From the NCBI GenBank assembly GCA_965140585.1, contig OZ223265.1:320001-384000 (forward strand): a stretch of 64,000 bases of DNA. The letters are read 5' to 3'. Of the stretch, positions 9,932 to 17,657 are shown piece after piece (within the stretch, counting starts at the first letter, position 1; the number at the start of each line of letters is the position of its first letter). Origin of the DNA: Spirochaetia bacterium (GTDB lineage Bacteria > Spirochaetota > Spirochaetia > UBA9216). The notes under the pieces are model-generated. The model searched no databases, was not told the origin of the DNA, and was given only the letters and a program-made list of their open reading frames with translations. Position numbers and translations under genes: made by a program.

Positions 9932-11251
9932 TCAGTTTTTCATTGTCAGCGGCATTCTTGTTGTCTGAAGAACATCTCTCCATAAACTGCCTTCGGGATC
10001 TACAAAGTTGCGCTTTGAAACGGCAAGCTCCATCGGTACAAGGACGAAACGGTCATTAACCATGCTTATAAGGGCCTTTGTCTTTCCGGCCATAGCAGCA
10101 TGAACTGCGTGGGTTCCAAGCCTGAGACAGTAAATTGAATCATTAGCATCTGCAGCTGTGCTTCTTATAAGATAGCTTGGATCGATGTACTTGATGTTAA
10201 CCTCAATCCCCTCTTTATCAAAGTATTCAGCTATCTGCTCTTTCATGAAACGGCCGATATTTCCAAGGGTCTTGTTGCCTGAATCATCGGTTTGTTTCAG
10301 ATCCTCCAGCATATCCTGGCCGGCACCCTCAGCGACTATGATTACTGCCCTGTGCTTCTCACTGATCCTCTTCTTCAGATGCTCCAGAAAACCGTTGGGT
10401 CCATGCAGGTCAAAAGCGATTTCAGGAATGAGCACGAAATTAACTACGCTCATTGCAAGGGCTGTGTGGGCAGCAATAAAACCACTTTCACGCCCCATCA
10501 GTTTAACAAGACCTATTCCGTTAAAAGCGTCCTTGGCTTCAACATGGGCAGCAGCAACAGATTCAACAGCCTTTGATACCGCAGTTTCAAACCCGAAGGA
10601 GCGCTGAATAAAACTCAAATCATTATCAATGGTCTTGGGAATACCGATGATGGCAACTTTAAGACCGCGTTTTTCTATTTCATTGCTTATGGCTATGGCA
10701 CCCTTGGTTGTTCCGTCGCCGCCGATGGTGAAAAGCATATTCATGTTCAGCCGTTCAATGGCATCAACAACCTCTTCAATCTCACCGCCGCCGCGGGATG
10801 AACCGAGCATGGTTCCGCCCATATTATGGATATCATCAACAACATCGGGGTTAAGCTCAACTATCGGAAGGTTATACTCAGGAAGAAACCCCCTGTAACC
10901 GTTTCGTATTCCGGTGATGCGTCTTACACCGTACTGGTACCAAAGAGTCCGCACTATCGCCCTTATGACATTGTTAAGCCCCGGGCAGAGCCCACCGCAG
11001 GTTACAACACCGGCATGCACATGACCGGGGTTAAAATAGAGCAGTTCATGAGGACCGGATTTTTCCAGACAGAAATTTGAGTCGCATTCCGGCAGCACCT
11101 CACCCTTTTCAACTTCAACGTCGTAGAGGATGCATTCCTCATCCCTTATATAATTGACTATTCGGTCTCCGTATGTCTTTGACATCTGTATCGGTGACTT
11201 AATCTTGGCTTCACCAAGCTTCGGAATACTGAAATTATATTTCTTCGCCAT
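9932..11251 (-). CDS. pfkA: ATP-dependent 6-phosphofructokinase (group X type)
   Basis: VTCGGLCPGLNNVIR, GGTMLGSSRG, GGDGT, PKTIDND, MGRESGFIA, KYIDPSY. Confidence 0.93.
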   Translation of the reverse strand: MAKKYNFSIPKLGEAKIKSPIQMSKTYGDRIVNYIRDEECILYDVEVEKGEVLPECDSNFCLEKSGPHELLYFNPGHVHAGVVTCGGLCPGLNNVIRAIVRTLWYQYGVRRITGIRNGYRGFLPEYNLPIVELNPDVVDDIHNMGGTMLGSSRGGGEIEEVVDAIERLNMNMLFTIGGDGTTKGAIAISNEIEKRGLKVAIIGIPKTIDNDLSFIQRSFGFETAVSKAVESVAAAHVEAKDAFNGIGLVKLMGRESGFIAAHTALAMSVVNFVLIPEIAFDLHGPNGFLEHLKKRISEKHRAVIIVAEGAGQDMLEDLKQTDDSGNKTLGNIGRFMKEQIAEYFDKEGIEVNIKYIDPSYLIRSTAADANDSIYCLRLGTHAVHAAMAGKTKALISMVNDRFVLVPMELAVSKRNFVDPEGSLWRDVLQTTRMPLTMKN

Positions 11252-11282
11252 CCGGGTTCTCCTGATGTTACAAAAAGTATTG

Positions 11283-11355
11283 TAAACACCTGAAAACAGC
11301 TTTTTTCAGGTGTTTAGCGTACACTAATACTAAGGTTTTTGTGCCCTGTTTTCAA
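11283..11355 (-). promoter_or_regulatory. pfkA promoter with 14-bp inverted repeat at the predicted transcript 5' end
   Basis: Minus strand TTGAAA (11355-11350)-N17-TAGTAT (11332-11327). Perfect inverted repeat TAAACACCTGAAAA/TTTTCAGGTGTTTA at 11283-11316. Confidence 0.55.
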
Positions 11356-11383
11356 GCAGGATTTTCTGCCTTAATACCGCAGC

Positions 11384-12685
11384 TCAGTTACTTGCAAGAT
11401 AGGTCCGTATTGAGTCGCCAAGCGTTTTATAAATATTCCTGCGTTTCTGATCATCAGCCTCAAGCAGTGTGAATCTGAATCCCTTGAGCTGCGAACAGAA
11501 ACCTGTAAGCGGTACTACACATATTCCAGCCGCACCAAGAAGGTAGTAAACAAAGCGCTTATCAAGTTCAAGGCCTTTAACCTTTTCTTCAACATAGTTT
11601 CTGATATCCGGCTCGGAAATCTCTAGAAACTGACCTTCATTCAGAACTCCATCTTTAAAAAGGACTGTAAAATAGAGGGCCCCCTGCGGTTTTAGAACCT
11701 GAATACCCGGAATATCCTTCATATTGATATAGGCTTCCTCAGCTCTTGAAGCCAGCATTTCAGACTGGGTACGGATATGTTCAGGGTATCTTGGATCTCC
11801 CATAATCAGAGGGATTGAAAGCTGAGGCAGAGTCGTTGAACAAACCTCAAGGCGCTTGGCGTTGATAAGGCTCGAAATGTATGTATCAAACTCCGGATCT
11901 TTTTTACGGTTGTAGACTTCAATCCAGCCGCATCTTGCACCGGGCCAGGGGTATTCCTTGCTTACGCTTTTCATCGAAACAGCAGGGACATCGCCGATGA
12001 CCTCGCATATATAGCTGAAATCGACATCGGGAAAAACCACCCTGCTGTAAGTCTCATCGGCAATAATAAACAGGTTGTAATCAGCAGCTATCTGTACGAT
12101 CTCACTTAGAAGTTCACGTGAATATACAATGCCTGTAGGGTTATCGGGATTTATAAGCAGAATTCCGGCAATTGAGTCATTGTATTTTACTTTGTTCCTC
12201 AAATCTTCGATATCAGGCAGCCAGTTATTTTCCGGATCGAGCTTGTATGTCAGATGCTCATAGCCTGAGTGAGCTGCTTCAGCTGATGAGTGGGTTGAAT
12301 AGGCAGGAGACGGTCCTATGACCCTTGCTTCTCTCTTTAAAAAACCGAAAATCTTTGCAACAGCGTCTCCAAGGCCGTTGAAAAAAATTACATCATCGTG
12401 ACTGATATGAGCTCCGCCTATTGCGTTGCATTCGGCGGCAAGAAATTTTCTTGTTTTAAGATCACCCTGACTGTCCGTATAGCGGTAACTGCTGTCGGCA
12501 GCCGCCAGGCTGGAAATTATGTCTTTCATCCAGGGTTCGATGTTGTTCCCCTTTTCAACCGGATCACCGATGTTCTCCCAGCTTATTTCCCTGCCGAGCT
12601 CTGCAATCTCATTTGCAACCGATACGATCTGCCTGATCTCATAAGTCAGCTGCCTTGCACCTTCATGTACTATCGCTCTTCTCAT
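11384..12685 (-). CDS. PLP-dependent class I/II aminotransferase, AlaA/AlaT-like (probable alanine-synthesizing transaminase)
   Basis: LTYEIR, NIGDP, INPDNPTG, ADETY, SVSKEYPWPGARCGW (PLP lysine). The N-terminus resembles the AlaA 'YDIRG...NIGNP' pattern. Confidence 0.82.
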   Translation of the reverse strand: MRRAIVHEGARQLTYEIRQIVSVANEIAELGREISWENIGDPVEKGNNIEPWMKDIISSLAAADSSYRYTDSQGDLKTRKFLAAECNAIGGAHISHDDVIFFNGLGDAVAKIFGFLKREARVIGPSPAYSTHSSAEAAHSGYEHLTYKLDPENNWLPDIEDLRNKVKYNDSIAGILLINPDNPTGIVYSRELLSEIVQIAADYNLFIIADETYSRVVFPDVDFSYICEVIGDVPAVSMKSVSKEYPWPGARCGWIEVYNRKKDPEFDTYISSLINAKRLEVCSTTLPQLSIPLIMGDPRYPEHIRTQSEMLASRAEEAYINMKDIPGIQVLKPQGALYFTVLFKDGVLNEGQFLEISEPDIRNYVEEKVKGLELDKRFVYYLLGAAGICVVPLTGFCSQLKGFRFTLLEADDQKRRNIYKTLGDSIRTYLASN

Positions 12686-12723
12686 TTCAACTCCACTCCA
12701 CCGTTTTTAGTAATCACCTCTGC

Positions 12724-12756
12724 AAAAAAAAAGCAGAGTCTGTAAAAAGACTCTGC
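12724..12756 (-). terminator. Attenuator terminator in the aminotransferase leader
   Basis: GCAGAGTCT-TTTTAC-AGACTCTGC followed by T9, about 40 nt upstream of the aminotransferase start codon. Confidence 0.85.
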
Positions 12757-12814
12757 CATCAGCTTCAATATTAACCGGACCGCGAGCCTTTTATAAAGAC
12801 TGCGGCGAAATATG

Positions 12815-12892
12815 TCAGAACCTGTTCAACCCCGCAGTCAAAGTAGCTGCGGCCGCGGCGGATATATTCTTGTTTAAGATTGATTCCAACAT
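12815..12892 (-). CDS. Alanine-rich leader peptide MLESILNKNISAAAAATLTAGLNRF (25 aa)
   Basis: ATG at 12892, TGA at 12817-12815, five tandem Ala codons GCC GCG GCC GCA GCT at 12859-12845. Lies between the promoter and the terminator. Confidence 0.75.
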   Translation of the reverse strand: MLESILNKNISAAAAATLTAGLNRF

Positions 12893-12898
12893 ATTGAG

Positions 12899-12927
12899 AA
12901 TGTACCGTCAGTCAGTGTTTATGTCAA
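12899..12927 (-). promoter_or_regulatory. sigma70 promoter giving a leaderless leader-peptide transcript
   Basis: TTGACA-N17-TACATT; the leader ATG lies 7 nt after the -10 box. Confidence 0.8.
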
Positions 12928-13058
12928 GGGGGATGATATTCTGCGATTATCATCCCGGCACAAAATCATAGATTTTCTGCGAAACCGAACTAATAAAATT
13001 GACAATCGCTTTTAACCTGAGTTAATTTGTCAGGATTTAATTTTATAAGGATTATTAT

Positions 13059-14072
13059 ATGAAAAAAAAAATTAAAACTTAAAGCTTTTCTGATAGTACT
13101 TGTCATTACTCTATTCGCATTTTACAGCTGTGATGGAATCACTACAGCAAACAGCGGTATAACCGTAACAAACCTGTCACTGAATGATACTGAGCTGACA
13201 GTTAAACTTACATCTACAGCTCAGCTTGCAGCAACAGTTGAGCCTGAGGCAGCTTCAGAGATAAGCCTCATATGGGCCACTTCTGATGAAAGCATCGTTA
13301 CCATCAGCGATGACGGAACCGCAACAGCGGTTGGTGCAGGAACTGCTGAAATAACAGTATCAACTACTGACGATTCTTTCTCTGCATCGGCGAGCGTTAC
13401 GGTACTGCCCATTTTATATGGAGTCAGCAAAGGAAACAGCAGCCTGGGAACAAGCATCCTTTATGAAATTGATTCAGAAACAGGCGAACAGCTTGCCGAA
13501 ATTGGTGATACCGGCTACTACCTTAACGGGGTCTGGTTTATGATAATGATAACGGAAAACTGTATGGAACTACATCAACTAATGATACAACACTCTCTTC
13601 CGGAATTGTAGAGGCCGGTTTTCTTAATCCGGCATTCGGACCTTCGGGTACTCTTTACGCCTGGAGTGAAAATACAGATGTACTGGTTACCGTAAACCCG
13701 TCAACCGCAGAAATAACAGAATTTGAATCATCCGGACTTTCAACATGGACACATGGTATGGATTTTGACAGCAGCGGCAATCTATATCTGATTAATCCGG
13801 AACAGGAAAATGAATCAATCGATGCTGTAGATATATACAGCATCAACACTTCCACCGGTGCTGCAACATTTGTCAAAAAGATAACAACAGATACCACCCA
13901 TGTCTATGCTCATCATGGAAAATTCAACCCTCTGACCGGATTTTTCTGGGGCATAGATAACAATTCCGGAACAGAACGTTACTTCAACATACTGGATGTA
14001 GACGCCGGAAGCAGATCATCAACCGCACAGACTATCAACAATCTGCATTCCATAGCTTTCAGAAGTAAATAG
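13059..14072 (+). pseudogene. Frameshifted lipoprotein with Ig-like (Big_2) domain and beta-propeller-like C-terminus
   Basis: ATG followed by A10 gives TAA at 13080. With A9 it reads MKKKLKLKAFLIVLVITLFAFYSC (lipobox) then LAATVEPE...WATSDESIVTISDDGTATAVGAGTAEITV (Big_2). A second shift at G4 (13528-13531) joins the 13758-14072 ORF. Confidence 0.8.
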
Positions 14073-14091
14073 ATTAGCCGGTTCAACTAAT

Positions 14092-14120
14092 AAAACAGCC
14101 CCTGTAGAGGGGCTGTTTTT
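14092..14120 (+). terminator. Intrinsic terminator
   Basis: AAAACAGCCCCT-GTAG-AGGGGCTGTTTTT. Confidence 0.85.
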
Positions 14121-14150
14121 GTCTTCATAAAAAGCCGGTATATCTAAATC

Positions 14151-15296
14151 ATGCTTGCAATTATGCCTGATCTGATATTATTATTCACTATGGCTTTTTC
14201 CTGCATACGCATTCACCGAAAACTGTTATTTGCCTCAATCCTTCTAACAGCAGTCTTTCAATCCATATGCGCTCAGGATGTGCAGGTTAATCTTTTTATC
14301 GGAAGCAGTCCAATAAATGCAGCCGTGTTTATAGACAGAGAACCGCAGGCCCAGGCAACACCGGTGCTTCTGAGGGGAATCAGCACCGGAAGCCATGAAA
14401 TAAAAATAATCAGCGAAAATTATCAGCCTTGCATAGATATTATTGAACTTACTGATAAAAACAGCAGCTTCTTTGCCGACCTTAACTCAAAGGTCATACC
14501 CTCATCCTTTGTTTCCGAGGAAAATATTATCCTGAGGGCTGATGAAGATAAGATCCTGGGGAATAATCTGTTAATGCCTGAAAGCTGGTACAGAATCTCA
14601 CGAGAAGGACGGGATGTAATTATCACCCCGATTTATCAAAAGGAAAAACTTTTAACCGCAATATCCACCCTGCTTCCAATATCATTCGGATTTACAGCTG
14701 CAGCCTTCGGAATAGACTGGTATGAGAGCAGCCGGATAAGATGGCCGCAGCCGCTGTATCTTACAGCGCTGGAAAGCACAACTCTGCTTCTGGCAGCTAC
14801 TGAAATTGCCCTGCTGATTGACAGAAGCGATTATCTTAAACATTACGAGATAGCCGAATTCCAGCCGGGAAGCACCGAAGCCGATGCGGAACTGATTTTC
14901 CAGCAGGCTGGTGATGCTCTTGCCGGAGGAAGCCTTGAAGAAGCGCTCAGCCTTTACAGTGAAATAATCAGCTTTCACAAAGACTCAAAATTCTACGCCG
15001 AGTCTATCTACAGGAGCGCAAAAATCCACATTATAACCGGCGACACTCCGCTGGCTGTAGCAGAACTGAATATGATAATAATGCGTTACCAGACCCCCGA
15101 AGTCTACGACAGGGCCTGTCAGGCAATTGCCCTTCTTTACTACAATCTTGATGAACCCGGAAAAAGCAAAGAATATGCAGAAAAGATGGTTTTTATTGAT
15201 CCACTGTTCTCAGGCACCGAAGAAGAGATTCAGGCAAGCGGGATAGAAACGGTCATTGAATCCTGGGCCCGCAACCCCGGGGAGAGGCTTGAATAG
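14151..15296 (+). CDS. PEGA-domain / TPR-containing membrane protein
   Basis: SSPINAAVFID...TPVLLRGISTGSHEIKI (PEGA), two central hydrophobic segments, C-terminal TPR-like helices. True start may be 14190. Confidence 0.7.
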   Translation: MLAIMPDLILLFTMAFSCIRIHRKLLFASILLTAVFQSICAQDVQVNLFIGSSPINAAVFIDREPQAQATPVLLRGISTGSHEIKIISENYQPCIDIIELTDKNSSFFADLNSKVIPSSFVSEENIILRADEDKILGNNLLMPESWYRISREGRDVIITPIYQKEKLLTAISTLLPISFGFTAAAFGIDWYESSRIRWPQPLYLTALESTTLLLAATEIALLIDRSDYLKHYEIAEFQPGSTEADAELIFQQAGDALAGGSLEEALSLYSEIISFHKDSKFYAESIYRSAKIHIITGDTPLAVAELNMIIMRYQTPEVYDRACQAIALLYYNLDEPGKSKEYAEKMVFIDPLFSGTEEEIQASGIETVIESWARNPGERLE

Positions 15297-15297
15297 C

Positions 15298-15891
15298 ATG
15301 AAAAAGACTACCCCCGCAACAATACTTATACTTTTTCTTTTACTGCCTCTTGGCACTGTTTATGGACAGGAATCCGAAGTTTATGTTGATGAACTGCTGA
15401 ACCGCTACATGGAGCTGGAAAATTCTATAATTGAAAACCAATCATTAACTGAATCTGATATCACTGACATCGATAATCTGATTAATACTGCGATAAATGA
15501 AAACCGCAGGGATATTATCAGCAGAGCCAGAATGCTTAAGTTCATAGCAGAATCTTCAATAAATAAAAACAGGACTGTTCAGAACAGCACTGAAATTACC
15601 GCCTCACTGCTTCTGGCTGAAAAGGACAGGATAAATTCCGGACGGACAGAAAAACTCATAAAAAGCCTTACTACTGCAGATCTATGGGTTGCCGGAGTTT
15701 CCACTGTTGTTTTTGCAGCCTCTGCAGCGGGCTATGAACACTTTTTCAATAAATACACTGAGACTGAATACAATGATCAGGCAGCCTTCTACCTCTTCTG
15801 GTGGCAGCTTCTTGAGGATACATCGATAATATCGGGAATCACAGCAGTCACAACCCTGCTTACAGCAGGAATCCTGTCAGCAGTATTTTAA
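15298..15891 (+). CDS. Hypothetical membrane protein
   Basis: Signal peptide MKKTTPATILILFLLL and two C-terminal hydrophobic helices; ATG 1 nt after the upstream stop. Confidence 0.7.
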   Translation: MKKTTPATILILFLLLPLGTVYGQESEVYVDELLNRYMELENSIIENQSLTESDITDIDNLINTAINENRRDIISRARMLKFIAESSINKNRTVQNSTEITASLLLAEKDRINSGRTEKLIKSLTTADLWVAGVSTVVFAASAAGYEHFFNKYTETEYNDQAAFYLFWWQLLEDTSIISGITAVTTLLTAGILSAVF

Positions 15892-15920
15892 TCTTCTCGA
15901 TTCAAAAAATCAGAGGCTTT

Positions 15921-17579
15921 TTATTTAGTAGTCATTATCTCAACGCCGGTCCAGTCATCGGGCGGCGGAGTGGTCATGTACCTGCGGCTTCGCTCCATGA
16001 ACATGTTTGAAAGATAGTCGTCGTGGTCGATGCTCATAGCAGCACCGAAGTATTTTATGGCTTTTTTAAAATCACGTGAATAAAAGAGTCTTGCCCCGGC
16101 GTTATGGTAAGCCCAGGCCTTCTTTTCTCTATCGGAGAGGCTGGTACTTGCGGTGTAAATGCTTTCCCCCTGAGTTTTGCCCTTAACCTGGACCTTGTCG
16201 ACAACCCTGCAGGGCACCTTGCTTCGAACCTTCCGGTACACGCTCTCAGAAATTATAACGCCCTGTTTATAGGGTTTGGTTAGGCCTTCAAGCCTTGAAC
16301 CAAGGTTTACCATATCACCGATAAGAGTGTAATCCATTTTCTTCTCTGATCCGATGTTTCCTACAGTCACAACACCATAGTTTATACCGATGCCTGTCTT
16401 GAATGGATGCTTGCCTTCACTTTCAAGCTGCTCATTAAACTTTGCCAGGGCATCCTGCATCTCAAGAGCAGCCATAACCGATTGGTATGCATCATCATCG
16501 TGTTTAACAGGCGCGCCGAAGTAAGCCATTATAGCATCACCTATATACTTATCAATAACACCACCGCGGCTGATGATTATATCAACCATGATCTCAAAAT
16601 ATTTATTAAGATCAATGACAAGCTGATCCGGAGAATAACTTTCAGAAATCGTCGTAAAACTTCTGATATCCGAGAACAGGATTGAAATTACCCGGTTTTC
16701 TCCTATCAGCATCGATTCAGGATTCGCAAAAACGGTTTCTATAACATCCTTTGGTACATATTTCTGGAAAATATTTCTAATCTTGTGCTCGCTCTTCTTT
16801 GCAAGTACGGCCTCTATTGCGTGTTCCTTGATCTGCTGGTTTGCCCGCTCGAGAGCACCGATCATGGTATTGAATGTATCTGCAAGCTGTCCGGTCTCAT
16901 CACGGTATTCAACCTCAACACGGCGTGAAAGATCGCTGTCGCGGATTATACCTTTCATAGCCGAGACAACCCTTGTAAGAGGGCCAATCAGATATGAGGC
17001 AAGAATCAGTATAAATATCAGCGAGATTACTATTGATATACCAAGAATTATGTAATTCTGCTGCAGCAGTTCAGAGACTTCACGATAGAAGGCTTCACTG
17101 TCTTCGGTAAGAAAGACATACCAGTCAAATGGCTCAAAATAAAAGTAATCTCCTACCCTGGCTTCACCTGAGATATCGAGTTCTACCCATCCTGTTTCGG
17201 GTCGTTTAAGAGTATCTGTAAAAACATCTTTTTCCTCAGGAAGAACCGAAACTCCTGCAGTTTTCATTACAACATTAGAATCAGGTGTTACAGCAAAGAT
17301 TAGCTCAGTCTCGCTTCGCAGAAGGGTAAAGGCATATGAAAGCACGGCACTCTTTGCTACCTCTACATATTCCGGGCGCTCACTGAATCCGTTATCCTTC
17401 AGAAGGGTCCACTGGTTCTGCATGTATTTTTCAAGTTCTTCGGATTTAAAACCCAGAGAAGACATCGCGAGCCTTGTCATACCGCTTCTGGCCGAATATG
17501 ATGAGAATATTCCCGTAATGAGCAGGGCCGCCGCAAGGAGAGGCATTACAATAAGGATAAGTCTCGCGCGAATTTTCAT
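15921..17579 (-). CDS. Membrane-bound class III adenylate/guanylate cyclase with Cache-like sensor and HAMP domain
   Basis: Two TM helices; HAMP (GPLTRV...RDETGQLADTFN); FSDIRSFT, DKYIGDAIMA, DYTLIGDMVNLGSRLEG, VKGK. The K/D specificity residues indicate ATP. Confidence 0.92.
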   Translation of the reverse strand: MKIRARLILIVMPLLAAALLITGIFSSYSARSGMTRLAMSSLGFKSEELEKYMQNQWTLLKDNGFSERPEYVEVAKSAVLSYAFTLLRSETELIFAVTPDSNVVMKTAGVSVLPEEKDVFTDTLKRPETGWVELDISGEARVGDYFYFEPFDWYVFLTEDSEAFYREVSELLQQNYIILGISIVISLIFILILASYLIGPLTRVVSAMKGIIRDSDLSRRVEVEYRDETGQLADTFNTMIGALERANQQIKEHAIEAVLAKKSEHKIRNIFQKYVPKDVIETVFANPESMLIGENRVISILFSDIRSFTTISESYSPDQLVIDLNKYFEIMVDIIISRGGVIDKYIGDAIMAYFGAPVKHDDDAYQSVMAALEMQDALAKFNEQLESEGKHPFKTGIGINYGVVTVGNIGSEKKMDYTLIGDMVNLGSRLEGLTKPYKQGVIISESVYRKVRSKVPCRVVDKVQVKGKTQGESIYTASTSLSDREKKAWAYHNAGARLFYSRDFKKAIKYFGAAMSIDHDDYLSNMFMERSRRYMTTPPPDDWTGVEIMTTK

Positions 17580-17611
17580 ATGTTCCTACTACAGAATCGG
17601 ATTGCACAGCT

Positions 17612-17638
17612 TTAAAATTAACCGGCTTTTGCCGATAA
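17612..17638 (+). promoter_or_regulatory. Putative sigma28 (FliA) promoter
   Basis: Perfect GCCGATAA -10 at 17631-17638, with TTAA/TAAA 15/14 nt upstream, followed by an AGGAGG SD. Confidence 0.5.
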
Positions 17639-17657
17639 AAAAGTCAGGAGGAAGGCT

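Noticed and set aside
12720-12900. T-box riboswitch upstream of the aminotransferase
   Set aside because: No UGGNACC T-box bulge or stem I motifs were found; leader-peptide attenuation fits better.
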